The translations under genes and the position numbers were made by a program. From Promethearchaeota archaeon (lineage in GTDB: Archaea > Asgardarchaeota > Heimdallarchaeia > Hodarchaeales > Hodarchaeaceae), in NCBI GenBank assembly GCA_048938105.1, contig JBHLMN010000006.1, forward strand, positions 64,001 through 128,000: a stretch of DNA of 64,000 nt, read 5' to 3'. Position 1 is the first letter of the stretch; every line of letters begins with the position of its first letter. The notes beneath the pieces are model-generated. The model made no database searches and was not told the origin of the DNA. It saw only the letters and a list, made by a program, of their open reading frames with translations. Below are positions 37,666 to 47,874 of this stretch, piece by piece.

Positions 37666-39837
37666 TTATAGCGCTGCTAAGCTCTCTAAAGCATCATTCA
37701 GGAGAAAAGGTTTGGATTTGAAGCTGATATTTGGATAATATTGTGTGTAATACTTCAAACCCACACCCAGTTGAATCACAAACTGATCTTCTCTTGAAAG
37801 TGATTCTCCATTATTATCCAAAGATTGGAGTTTAAAGTCAATGGTGTTTTTCACTGTAGGTACTAATTCTTCCCACAATATGGAAGCTGATTCTTTTAAG
37901 CGATTTCTACAAACAAAGATGACATCAAATTCAATACTCCTTTTCCCTCGAATCTGGGTACTGGTTTCCATCTCCGCTCGAACAGGGTAAACCGCTGTGA
38001 TATAGAATTGATTTTCTAGCAGACTTTCTATTATCGAAGCCCATGCTTTCAGCTGCTTATGATGGAACGTGAATATCAACAGTCCTTCTTTTTTCAACAC
38101 TCTTTGGATTTCTGCAAAAACAGCTTTAAGCCCTTGTTGATAATCCTCATCATGTTTTCCGATTTTAATGTTTTTCACAATTTCAGCTTTCTTTGGTGTT
38201 AAAGCTGGTTTAAACCAGGGATAATACTCTTTCAGGCCTAGCTGTAACCAAACGTAATAGAAATCTGATAATTCTGCATATTGGACATTATCATAATAAG
38301 GGGGATCTGTTATGACCAAATCTACGCTATTTTGAGGAATGTGAATTTCTTGGGAGGAGTGACAATAAAGATAGACATTTCTTGATGGTTCTTGTTCTAA
38401 TTCGGAATAAGATGAGACTACCTGAGCATTGATCTGACGTGTCATCTCTTGACGTTTAGCTTTTCCATCTTTAGCAATGTAATATTCGTACGGTTTTTGA
38501 CAGTATTTCTTTATTCGTATAGTTTTAGCGAAGAAGTTCTTGAACGTTCCTGTGCCATATTTAGCTGTACCAAAGACATTGTTTTCAACTGGATTCAAGG
38601 TGGCTGGAAAAGCATGTTTGCGAAACAAATTATAGATGTAATGGTTCTTTCTATGATATTCACAAAGCAGGTTATTGTATTCCAGAGCGGTTGAAAACGT
38701 AATAAGAAAGAATTCTTTCAAATTTTGGTCTTGAATTTGTAGAATCTCCCTCAATAGTTTTCCTAGCGATAATAGTTGTCTGCTGTTAAACATATCAGTA
38801 AAAAACTGAAATTTGTGGTTAAGTAACTCCTGAGTTTTTGCCCCAATGGGAATAGCTTGTTGAGGAAGGGGTAATTGTTTTTGAATCGACTTGAATTCGT
38901 GACATGCTTGGTGATAAAGTTTGAAATCATTTTGATCAGCTTGTTTGTAACCTCGTGTATTACAAGCAGAGCAGTGATACTCGAGAGCATACAACCGTTC
39001 ATTAGGTCTTCCCTGTTTTGTGCTGACGTCTACTATCTTGGCTGTATGCCCACAGTGGGAACAATAATACTTTCCCCGTTTTACTATAAATGAAAATGGA
39101 TCAAAAGACCAACCACATTTTGGACAGAGAAGATTCTTTTGAGTCAATTCCTGGAAAATTGTTTCACATTTTGGACAGAGAAAGTAAGCTTTAGAGACTT
39201 CTTTCCGATTATTTGCAAATATATAACTTCGAAATAGAGGATTAAATTCTAAACATTGTTCACATTGAATTTCTTTCACCCAGAAGAAATACATAACATC
39301 CGCTTGTTGTGAACAATGTCCACATTGGGTCTTATAATATTTGGAAAGTTCATTCCTTAGCTTAGAAGACAGTTTTTCGAACTTAATTTGGAGGTCATCA
39401 ATATTAACATCTTCCAATGCTTTTTTCACTGTAAACCAAGCAACAGGATTCAAATCTCCTCCAATAATACCCCCGAATCCTAAACGCGAAGCTTCAATGA
39501 CTGTTGTTCCTCCTCCCATAAAAGGATCTAACACTAAAAGATCCTGAAAATTATGTTCTAGTAGGTAGATATCCCAAAAATCCTCCTCATATGGAATACT
39601 ATGATCCTTAAATGGAGTAGCCTTATCTTCTACTATCCTTGTTGAAGAAGAAAGTGATGCAAAAATGAGGATAGATCTAAATACTGACCCTAAACGTCGA
39701 GCAAACCATTTATGAAGAGTTAGAATAGGACGATAATATCTCTTTGCGTTACTCTCTTTATAAGCTATCTCACTGACTTTTGTGAATGGAAAATAACTCT
39801 CAATTGCTTTTTCTGATAATTTTGCTTGTTGGTTCAT
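37666..39837 (-). CDS. Adenine-specific DNA methyltransferase with Zn ribbons (COG1743/DUF1156-like)
   Basis: LHKWFARR, LDPFMGGGT, several CxxC pairs, FNSRQL, ITDPPYYDNVQYAELSDFYYVW, FTFHHK. Confidence 0.92.
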   Translation of the reverse strand: MNQQAKLSEKAIESYFPFTKVSEIAYKESNAKRYYRPILTLHKWFARRLGSVFRSILIFASLSSSTRIVEDKATPFKDHSIPYEEDFWDIYLLEHNFQDLLVLDPFMGGGTTVIEASRLGFGGIIGGDLNPVAWFTVKKALEDVNIDDLQIKFEKLSSKLRNELSKYYKTQCGHCSQQADVMYFFWVKEIQCEQCLEFNPLFRSYIFANNRKEVSKAYFLCPKCETIFQELTQKNLLCPKCGWSFDPFSFIVKRGKYYCSHCGHTAKIVDVSTKQGRPNERLYALEYHCSACNTRGYKQADQNDFKLYHQACHEFKSIQKQLPLPQQAIPIGAKTQELLNHKFQFFTDMFNSRQLLSLGKLLREILQIQDQNLKEFFLITFSTALEYNNLLCEYHRKNHYIYNLFRKHAFPATLNPVENNVFGTAKYGTGTFKNFFAKTIRIKKYCQKPYEYYIAKDGKAKRQEMTRQINAQVVSSYSELEQEPSRNVYLYCHSSQEIHIPQNSVDLVITDPPYYDNVQYAELSDFYYVWLQLGLKEYYPWFKPALTPKKAEIVKNIKIGKHDEDYQQGLKAVFAEIQRVLKKEGLLIFTFHHKQLKAWASIIESLLENQFYITAVYPVRAEMETSTQIRGKRSIEFDVIFVCRNRLKESASILWEELVPTVKNTIDFKLQSLDNNGESLSREDQFVIQLGVGLKYYTQYYPNISFKSKPFLLNDALESLAAL

Positions 39838-39862
39838 GCTTTTATTCCATCAATTGCCATTA

Positions 39863-40906
39863 TCATGTATAAAGTGCAACAAAGAATTCTCCTAGTAAGT
39901 TGAAGATCACATAGATAATTGCAGAAAAGAGTGCTGATATCGGTGTTGTAATGACCCAACTTATTCCTATTTCTTTGAGACTGTCCTTATCTACTTTCTC
40001 TTTATTTACAAAACCAACTCCAATAAAAGCAGCAACTAGAATATGTGATCCAGACAAGGGAATAGCCATTAATGTACCAAAGAACATGATTAGACTAACA
40101 GAGATGCTAGCCGCTAATGCTGATGTTGGAGAAAGTGCTACAATATCATTTGCAAGTTTTTTCACTACTCTTCTACCAAGGAATATGACCCCAAAGCACA
40201 TTCCTAATCCACCAGCGATTAATGCTAAATACAGTCCAGTTATAGGAAATGGTCCAACCATGTATGTTTCCATCACAAAATCTTCGATTGCCATAAGAGG
40301 ACCAATGGCTTTGGCTACATCATTACCACTTCGAGAAAAAACTGAAATGAGTAAAAAAACTGCTAAGGCATAGAAAGCTACCTTTTCTTGTCTTTCATAA
40401 TCCGCATAACCCTTTGTTTTAACTGATTGTCGAAGTTTTATGATTAATGCGTAAAAAAGAAACCCTCCAACAAGTCCGATAAGAGGACTTACAACCCAAC
40501 TGAGTAGAACCCAAAAGAGAGTATCATAATTCAAAGATATTAATCCCCATTCAATGAGAGCAACCCCTATGACGCTTCCGACAACTGATTGGGTTGTACT
40601 AATCGGAACTCCTTTCAATGATACAATAAACAGCCAGAGAGCCATTGAGATTAGTACAACAAACACCATTGATAGAGAAAGAGCATACTCAGGGGTAGTG
40701 AACTTATTCCCCACTGTCTTTGACACAGATTCTCCTAAGAAAAAAACACCAATAAAATTAAATAGACCACCGATGAGGACAGCAACGCTCAATGAAAGTA
40801 AACCAGCACCTACTGCTGGAGTCATGGTTTCGTCGTTTGCTCCAATCGTGAATGCGACAACAAAACCAAGAAGAAGAGCGGCACCTATAATGATCAGTGC
40901 AGTCAA
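39863..40906 (-). CDS. Inorganic phosphate transporter (PiT family)
   Basis: GANDET and GNDVAKAIGP PiT signatures, PISTTQ, PLSGSH. TTG at 40906 with an AGGTG RBS is preferred to 40930. Confidence 0.93.
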   Translation of the reverse strand: MTALIIIGAALLLGFVVAFTIGANDETMTPAVGAGLLSLSVAVLIGGLFNFIGVFFLGESVSKTVGNKFTTPEYALSLSMVFVVLISMALWLFIVSLKGVPISTTQSVVGSVIGVALIEWGLISLNYDTLFWVLLSWVVSPLIGLVGGFLFYALIIKLRQSVKTKGYADYERQEKVAFYALAVFLLISVFSRSGNDVAKAIGPLMAIEDFVMETYMVGPFPITGLYLALIAGGLGMCFGVIFLGRRVVKKLANDIVALSPTSALAASISVSLIMFFGTLMAIPLSGSHILVAAFIGVGFVNKEKVDKDSLKEIGISWVITTPISALFSAIIYVIFNLLGEFFVALYT

Positions 40907-40926
40907 GGTATTACACCTACAATCAA

Positions 40927-41580
40927 TCAACTATGTTTGGCTATGAGCACTTTTAAGTAATCAGTCCCTTGCTCTGCTTCAATGCTAATACGAGTAGTGG
41001 CGTTAAGTATTCGACTTGTACCGCGTGGAAGTTCGTCGTTCACTATCTTTTCTGAGATAGTATAGAAAAGATCTCGTACTTCATCCCTTTTTTCTTCTAC
41101 CTTACGTGCAAGCTGTGATGCTTTTTCATAATCATTGAAAAAGAGTTTATTAGCTTCGACAAAGTCTTCGATCACATCCTCAGTCAAGTCTACTATTCTA
41201 TCGAGTTCGGGAGGAAAATAGCTAGCATCAATTTTTTTAATACAAACTATTCGAACTGCCCTTTCAATCCGATCTAATAGGTGATCTGCATTCAACATCA
41301 TATTGTAGCGTTCCTCAGTGATTTGAGGAAGATAAGCCTTTTTCTTGAAAATTGTTTCGAAGAAGATGTCTTTTACTTCGTCTGCATCCCTTTCAAGCTG
41401 AATTATTTCATCTCTTAACGCAAGACCTCTTTCAAAATCCCCTCCTCTCCAAGCTTTCAATGCTTTTTCGAATTTATCATAAGCTTCTTCTATTGCTTCA
41501 ACAAGCTTAATAAATAACTCTGTTCCCTTTTTATGTATATCTTTATCCTTCAATAATTGTCCAAAGTATTCTCCAGTCAT
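40927..41580 (-). CDS. DUF47/PhoU-like phosphate transport regulator
   Basis: IIQLERDADEVK...YLPQITEER and a second repeat KVEEKRDEV; directly upstream of pit; ATG at 41580. Confidence 0.88.
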   Translation of the reverse strand: MTGEYFGQLLKDKDIHKKGTELFIKLVEAIEEAYDKFEKALKAWRGGDFERGLALRDEIIQLERDADEVKDIFFETIFKKKAYLPQITEERYNMMLNADHLLDRIERAVRIVCIKKIDASYFPPELDRIVDLTEDVIEDFVEANKLFFNDYEKASQLARKVEEKRDEVRDLFYTISEKIVNDELPRGTSRILNATTRISIEAEQGTDYLKVLIAKHS

Positions 41581-41658
41581 GAAAATCACTTCTATTATGC
41601 TTTTATTAGTCTCGTTAAAAGGATTCTTCAACAGTCACTATTTTGTCTCTTAAGAAGA

Positions 41659-43758
41659 TTACATTTTAATGCCTTTTAGATGATTAAATATATTTGATAA
41701 AATTTCTTCTAGGTTTACTAAAGGATCTCGGTTATAATTTTCAGCAATTTTTGGTAGAAACATTGAGAAAATTTCTTCCCAAGTGGCTACATTCTGGTTT
41801 TGCATTGGAGATGTCGAACTATCTTCTACCTTCCTGATTACCTCCAGTTCTAAGCTCTTCCAATCCATTGATTCCTTTAAGTGTATTTTCGTAGGTGTTT
41901 TCCGACAAATAAGTATAATATCAAAATTTCTTCCTTTAACAGGCCGGGCACGAAACTCACTCTGAACTGGAAATGCTGCAGTTATCTGAAACAAGCTACA
42001 CTTTAATGCCTCAAGAATCATCATCCATGCTGTAACATTAGAGTGGTGAAAAGTAAAAACCATTGGAGCATCTGGTTTTAACACTTTATAACATTCTTGA
42101 AAGATTCTTGTTATTTTTTCAAGGAATTTTTCTTTTTCTCGTGATGTACTCACTTCTCGATCGGTAGGGATGAGAGCTGAACGAAAAAAAGGATATTGAG
42201 AGGTTAAGACTATCTTAAGCCAGACATAGAAAAAATTTGCCAATTCAGAGTATTGAATATAATTAAAATAAGGAGGATCGGTCACTATAATATCAACAGA
42301 AGCCTGAGGAATACCCAATCTCTGAAGATTTTCTGAAGTGTCAGCTATAAGTAAAGTATCAGCTTTAGAACCTGCTTGTAACATCTGAAAAGTTTCAACT
42401 GAATTGGCCTCAATTTTATCTGCAGCAATGGGTATCCTTACAATCGTATTATTTTGAAAAGCTATTTCGAAAGGCGATTTGCAATATTCTTTTGCTTTCT
42501 TTATCCTCTCAAGGTAAGTAATGAATGTCCCATTCCCTTTTTTAGTTCCCCAGACGTTATTTTCTACATACATGGTTGGAACTAAAAAAGATTGGTAATT
42601 AAAGACGTTTACAATCTGTTTCATTGTATAGTTATAAGGACAGATAACTGTATGAAATTCTAAGCTACTTGAAAAAGCCATTAGAAGAAATTCTTTGATA
42701 TTTTGGTCTGATACTTGTGATATTGCCTTTAAAAGTAAACTTAAACTGAGTAATTGTCTTTCATTAAAGAGATCTGAAAATCGTTTGAAGCCATAATTTC
42801 TTAGATTTGATACGTTTTTCCCCTCTTCTGGTAATAGTTCTCGGGGAAATTGAAGATTATCCTCTCTTTTTCTGAATTCTCTCTGAACTTCTACAAATTT
42901 ATCTTTATCCCTCTCACTTGCTTGCTTATAATCGCGGGTTCCACACGCTTGACAGAAGAATTCAATAGCGATTTGTCTTGCTGATAAAGAATGTTCAGTT
43001 TGTTGAAGCAGCTCTAACAATCTATATTCTTTCTGACAATTAGTACAAGTGAACAGTTTCAACCGACAATTCCCCAATTTAGGAATAAAATCATGAGAAC
43101 ATGTGGGACAGGTTGACAGCTCATCAAGTTTTTCCATTGTATAAAATAAATTCTTACAACTAGGACAGATCACCATTGTAGCAGGGTCTTTTCGTTGTTT
43201 CTTACCTATGATGTAATATTTGAATAGATCTTCCTCGGAATGACAGGAAGGGCAAAAAATTGTACGTACCCAAAAAATATACATAATATCCGCATTCGAA
43301 GAGGCACAATTTGGACATACAGTTTTATAATAGGTTTTAATTTGACGACCTACACTTTGAAAGAGTTTCTCAACTTCTTGATCAAAAAGTTCAATGTTGA
43401 AAGGATCCATCTCCTTTTTCGTCGTCAACCAAGCGATTGGATTTACATCAATGCCAATTGTCTTGATTCCAAGACGATGAAGTTCGACAATAGTAGTTCC
43501 TCCACCACAGAAAGGATCTAGGGCGATTTTATCCCGAAAATCGTGATTTTGATAGAAAGCACCTTTTCCTGACCGATTTGGATCAAAAAGAACTTCTTGA
43601 CTAAATTGAGAAAGTCCTATTGCGCGTATTGTACTCCCGGGTCTGCGAGCCCAAGACTTGTGTATGGAATAGATAGGCCGATAAAATTGCCGTCTCTGTG
43701 ATTCTACTTTCGCTATTGGTTGAATAGCATCAAGAGGAAACTGTTCTTCAATTGTCAA
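41659..43758 (-). CDS. Adenine-specific DNA methyltransferase with Zn ribbons (COG1743/DUF1156-like), paralog of 37666..39837
   Basis: IHKSWARR, LDPFCGGGT, CxxC pairs, FNERQL, VTDPPYFNYIQYSELANFFYVW, FTFHH. Confidence 0.92.
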   Translation of the reverse strand: MTIEEQFPLDAIQPIAKVESQRRQFYRPIYSIHKSWARRPGSTIRAIGLSQFSQEVLFDPNRSGKGAFYQNHDFRDKIALDPFCGGGTTIVELHRLGIKTIGIDVNPIAWLTTKKEMDPFNIELFDQEVEKLFQSVGRQIKTYYKTVCPNCASSNADIMYIFWVRTIFCPSCHSEEDLFKYYIIGKKQRKDPATMVICPSCKNLFYTMEKLDELSTCPTCSHDFIPKLGNCRLKLFTCTNCQKEYRLLELLQQTEHSLSARQIAIEFFCQACGTRDYKQASERDKDKFVEVQREFRKREDNLQFPRELLPEEGKNVSNLRNYGFKRFSDLFNERQLLSLSLLLKAISQVSDQNIKEFLLMAFSSSLEFHTVICPYNYTMKQIVNVFNYQSFLVPTMYVENNVWGTKKGNGTFITYLERIKKAKEYCKSPFEIAFQNNTIVRIPIAADKIEANSVETFQMLQAGSKADTLLIADTSENLQRLGIPQASVDIIVTDPPYFNYIQYSELANFFYVWLKIVLTSQYPFFRSALIPTDREVSTSREKEKFLEKITRIFQECYKVLKPDAPMVFTFHHSNVTAWMMILEALKCSLFQITAAFPVQSEFRARPVKGRNFDIILICRKTPTKIHLKESMDWKSLELEVIRKVEDSSTSPMQNQNVATWEEIFSMFLPKIAENYNRDPLVNLEEILSNIFNHLKGIKM

Positions 43759-43773
43759 TGAGACATCATCCGA

Positions 43774-46089
43774 TTACCTAATGAATTTGTTGAGTTCGTC
43801 GGCTAAAGTTTCATAAAGTTGGCTTAAAAAGTTAGAATCATGGTTAAGAGTCAATATGTCACAAATTTTCTCATCTAGTAGAAATCTAATGTAGTTCTTG
43901 TTATTCTTTGCTTCAATGATTTGTTGATAAAATGATGGGAGTTGGTTTGATTCGAGGATAAATTGATCAAAAATCAGTAGCAACTCTTTTCGATCCGTTT
44001 GTGTCACTTTTCGGGGATTTAAGCAAAAGAAATTCCGCATATCTGTTCCAAAGATCTGTCCGAGGGCTCCAGTCTTTTCTCTACGTAATGCGAAATAAGT
44101 TAAAAGAAATACAGAACTATTCAGGTAAGCCGAAAGAATTTTATCGTTCTCTTCATCAAAAGTTCTAATAAATATGAAATTATCCGTGAGGATAACAGGA
44201 TTGGGAGAGTAATAGGCTATAATATTGTTACTTGACAGGCTGAGCTCATGAGTTAGAGCAACTCTTGCTATTTTCCTCCCCTTTTTAATATGCTTGTAGG
44301 TTAATGCTTTAAATCCTCTTTTGTGAAATTTTTGTTCACCCCATCTTATATAATCCTCAACAGCATTTTCTATTGTATTGTCGTCAGGAATCACGACAAT
44401 ATAATCAGATATTTCTGGAATGATCTGTTTATAATGAGAGGATTTCCTTAATACAGGAGCAATATATTTACGTGACACTTTCAGAACAGAGTTATTTTCA
44501 ATGTTCTGTATTTTAATCCAGTCGCACGATTCGTTAATAATTTTCCAGTATTTATTTGGCAGGTAGAAGAAATCCGAAATCCCAGCACGAAGACCTCGAT
44601 CCGCATCATACCTTGGTGTCTTCACTACTTGAACTACTTGCTTTATCATCTCTAGTTGTCTTACTTGTTCAAATAACTTAAAGAATGTTTGATTGAAGAA
44701 ATAAATTGTCCAATTCATTTGTACTGTTTCTTTTAAGATTTTATTTGAAATATTACGGATTCTAAGATATGAATCCTCATAGTCTTCTGTAGTTTCAGCG
44801 ATTTTTTTTGTTAAATTCAGGATTTCTTTCCTCAATAATTCCTTCTTTAATACTACAAATTTCGTTTTTGATTTAGCTTTTTTGCTTTTTTTAGCAATGA
44901 AGAGGATTTCTTTGAATGCACACTGTTCTGAAAATGTTATTTGGGCTTCTGAAGTAATGATATATTGAAAAGTGAATTTTGATAAAAGAAAACTAAGGAT
45001 AGGTTTCATTGTGTAAGAATTGATAAAAGAAAGTGGTAATACAAAAGCAAGAATACCATTTTCTTTCAATAATCTCAATGAATCCAGAAGAAAATAAGCG
45101 TACAATCCTAAATATTTCTTATTATAAACCAACATTATCTCGTGGTTACGAAGATGTCCCTCTAAGAAGTCTTTATACTCACTATCTAAACGATCAGCTC
45201 GCGTAAAGGGAGGATTCCCAAGAAGTATATCTACATTAGGTATTTTTAATTCCGGGTCTTCTGCTTTTTGATCCATATTAAGTTTAAAGACGTCAAGAAT
45301 AGCAATCTGACTGGTATCCAAAGGATACATAGGATCCTGCAGGGTTAGATTTATTCCAGCAAGCTGAGCTGCAAAGACAGATACATCAATCCCATAAAGG
45401 TTCTGTAAAATTTGGGAATGACTTAACTCTGCATTTAGCTCCTTTAAGCGACGATAAGCGCTCACTAACAGTGTTCCAGACCCACAAGCAGGATCAAGAA
45501 TCTTAACTTGGGTATTTTTTATTGCTAAATGTGTTAAAAAAATACTAGCAACATTTGATGTATAATACGCAGCTAAAAATTTACGAAGCTTAAAAGGAAT
45601 TAATCCGTGGAATATCTTCCCTAAAACGTCTGATGTGAACTTGTGTAATTGAAATGGAAGTAACACCTTTAACACACGATTCAAGGTGGGGACTGATTCT
45701 TCTGGGAGTAGTTCCACGATACGAGCATTAAAAATAGTTCTATTGTTTGTACTGGTAATTAATCCATCAAAAAGTACTTGCATTTGCTTAGTATCTTTTA
45801 TTGTGTTCATTTCTAAGGAATTTTCTTCATTATTTCTGGATAAAATAAGGTAAAAAAAGATTTGAGTGACTATTACGAATGCAGCAGCTCGGACAATAGC
45901 TTTTTCCAGTTCTTTTTTCCCTTTCTCTGATCGAGTGACTTTATTATCTACAACACGCGCATAAAAGAATCCAAGTGGTTGTTCTAGCTTTCTAAATCCA
46001 ACTTCTTTAGTGAAGGTTTCGATTTCATCTACAGCATTCATCAAAGCCTTTAGAATTTCTTCTTCAGTAGAATGCTCTAATTCCTTCAA
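43774..46089 (-). CDS. Gamma-class N6-adenine DNA methyltransferase with C-terminal TRD; no evident nuclease domain
   Basis: DVLGKIFH, AAYYT, ILDPACGSGTLL, LGNPPF, YLNSS. Confidence 0.9.
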   Translation of the reverse strand: MKELEHSTEEEILKALMNAVDEIETFTKEVGFRKLEQPLGFFYARVVDNKVTRSEKGKKELEKAIVRAAAFVIVTQIFFYLILSRNNEENSLEMNTIKDTKQMQVLFDGLITSTNNRTIFNARIVELLPEESVPTLNRVLKVLLPFQLHKFTSDVLGKIFHGLIPFKLRKFLAAYYTSNVASIFLTHLAIKNTQVKILDPACGSGTLLVSAYRRLKELNAELSHSQILQNLYGIDVSVFAAQLAGINLTLQDPMYPLDTSQIAILDVFKLNMDQKAEDPELKIPNVDILLGNPPFTRADRLDSEYKDFLEGHLRNHEIMLVYNKKYLGLYAYFLLDSLRLLKENGILAFVLPLSFINSYTMKPILSFLLSKFTFQYIITSEAQITFSEQCAFKEILFIAKKSKKAKSKTKFVVLKKELLRKEILNLTKKIAETTEDYEDSYLRIRNISNKILKETVQMNWTIYFFNQTFFKLFEQVRQLEMIKQVVQVVKTPRYDADRGLRAGISDFFYLPNKYWKIINESCDWIKIQNIENNSVLKVSRKYIAPVLRKSSHYKQIIPEISDYIVVIPDDNTIENAVEDYIRWGEQKFHKRGFKALTYKHIKKGRKIARVALTHELSLSSNNIIAYYSPNPVILTDNFIFIRTFDEENDKILSAYLNSSVFLLTYFALRREKTGALGQIFGTDMRNFFCLNPRKVTQTDRKELLLIFDQFILESNQLPSFYQQIIEAKNNKNYIRFLLDEKICDILTLNHDSNFLSQLYETLADELNKFIR

Positions 46090-46271
46090 TTATGGCCACT
46101 TCTGCCTTTTTAAACCAAGTGTAAGCGAATTTAACATAAGAATGTTGCTAAAATGAATTAGATTATACAATTTTAACCAGAATTTCTTATAATATTTCTC
46201 TCTAGAAAACGTTTTCAAATTTATGTAATGAACAGTAATATCAGGCGTGAACATCCTGTTAGGTGTGACTG

Positions 46272-47174
46272 ATGGATGTGGCAGTTCTTCCTCTCACTAG
46301 AGAATATTACTTACCCTTGGAGAAGATTTACATCCAAATCGTTGGTGATTTTTCTAGTCCAGAAGATCTAAACAACTTCCGTCGGTATATCCGTTATAGA
46401 TCAGATCTAGTCAAAATAGCAATTCATAATTCAAGAATCATTGGATATATTATTGGTAATCAAAGTAGTTCCCTAAAACCAGGGATTTTTTCTCTTTATG
46501 TTGTCCCTGATTTTCGAAAACGTCAAATTGGGAGTAAACTCCTCCATAAACTAGAGAGGGAGTTCACTATGGGGAAACCTAATTTACAATATCTTTCTGT
46601 TCGAATTCCTGAGTCATTTTTTGATTCAAAGGTTTTTTTTCTGAAACAAGGATTTGATGTGATAACAACGATTAATTGTTATGCCAAGGATAATCTTTCT
46701 TTTCCATACCAAGTTAATCCTAAAATTGAAATCAGGTCAGCTACAAAGAAGGACCTCATTGATCTTATTAAATTGGAAAAAATTTGTTTTTCAGACTACT
46801 GGCAAAAAAATTCTGACGATTTCAAAAAAGAAATCGAATCTACGACAAATTCCTTGCTTTTAGCTTTGATTGAGGGGAAACTTGTAGGATATAACTCCAA
46901 CTCAGTATCTATAAACAGAATGGAAGGGATTTATGCTCGTATTGCCACACTTCCGCAATTTCGTAAGCAACATGTTGCAACAAGTCTCACTGTTAAGGCA
47001 TTTCAATGGTTTAGAAAACAAAAGGTTCAAAAAATTTTGTTAACGACATTTGCTGATAGTGAAATTCATAATATAATGTATAAAGGTTGGGGTTTTAAAT
47101 TTATTGAACAAGAATTGATTATGGCTAAAAAATTCAAAGGGTTGATTCCTGACATCACTAACAAAGTATCTTAA
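46272..47174 (+). CDS. Tandem GNAT acetyltransferase
   Basis: Two acetyl-CoA motif A copies (VVPDFRKRQIGSKL, TLPQFRKQHVATSL) with FFLKQGF and MYKGWGF. Confidence 0.88.
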   Translation: MDVAVLPLTREYYLPLEKIYIQIVGDFSSPEDLNNFRRYIRYRSDLVKIAIHNSRIIGYIIGNQSSSLKPGIFSLYVVPDFRKRQIGSKLLHKLEREFTMGKPNLQYLSVRIPESFFDSKVFFLKQGFDVITTINCYAKDNLSFPYQVNPKIEIRSATKKDLIDLIKLEKICFSDYWQKNSDDFKKEIESTTNSLLLALIEGKLVGYNSNSVSINRMEGIYARIATLPQFRKQHVATSLTVKAFQWFRKQKVQKILLTTFADSEIHNIMYKGWGFKFIEQELIMAKKFKGLIPDITNKVS

Positions 47175-47277
47175 AACAGAAGAACAATAATTAGTTCAAG
47201 AAAATCAAATTTAAAACCTTCAAGATAATTTCGAAATAAGGAATAAGGAATTAATACTTATACTTTAGTGATTTATT

Positions 47278-47874
47278 TTGGCAATTGGTAAAGATCAAGC
47301 GCTTACACAGGGCAGATTTTATCCCTCTTCCGATAAGAAAGTTATTTATCAGTGCGCGCTAAACAACACAACTGGATTTCTCAAAGATATCACCATTTTC
47401 TCTGTTCTCATTGGATTTTTTACTTTTCTAATTATGCAGTCCTTAGCGTTTTTAGCTGTGCTTCTTTCGTGGATAATTATTGTTCCGTGGCTTACTCCAA
47501 AGCATTATAAATTCCTACAAATAGATAAGCATGTAATAACTTATGGGACTGGATCGATCTTTGCATTACTTCGATCCAAGATGAAGACAATCTATATTTT
47601 GGAAAGAAATAGATACAGGGATATTCATTATCTTCGACTCGATCGCTGGATAAGAAAAAAGTTTGGTGGTAAAATGGACAGCTTTGGTCGTGTCCAAATC
47701 AAAGTTAATAATTCTAAACCTATATTCCATATGCTCATTGAATCAACAGACTTTACAAAACTCGTGAAAATCTTAGAAGCTCATCGGTTTGATTCAAAGG
47801 TTCAAAAAACATTATCCCGTGGAGAATTAATGCTCATATTCCCATCTTCTCCTCGTTATACTACTACAGCGTAA
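47278..47874 (+). CDS. Hypothetical membrane protein (two TM helices plus possible PH-like domain)
   Basis: Hydrophobic hairpin followed by a basic beta-rich domain. Confidence 0.6.
   Translation: MAIGKDQALTQGRFYPSSDKKVIYQCALNNTTGFLKDITIFSVLIGFFTFLIMQSLAFLAVLLSWIIIVPWLTPKHYKFLQIDKHVITYGTGSIFALLRSKMKTIYILERNRYRDIHYLRLDRWIRKKFGGKMDSFGRVQIKVNNSKPIFHMLIESTDFTKLVKILEAHRFDSKVQKTLSRGELMLIFPSSPRYTTTA

Noticed and set aside
39951-40946. Plus-strand ORFs 39951..40373 and 40554..40946
   Set aside because: Antisense shadows of the pit gene.
43759-43776. Read-through fusion of the gamma MTase and the Zn-ribbon MTase (same frame, TAA plus 5 codons)
   Set aside because: Both are complete stand-alone families, the paralog at 39837 starts at the equivalent position, and sharing a frame has a one-in-three chance.
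37666-46089. BREX, DISARM or type I/IIG restriction system
   Set aside because: No ATPase, PglZ, helicase, HsdR/HsdS or recognisable PD-(D/E)xK domain.
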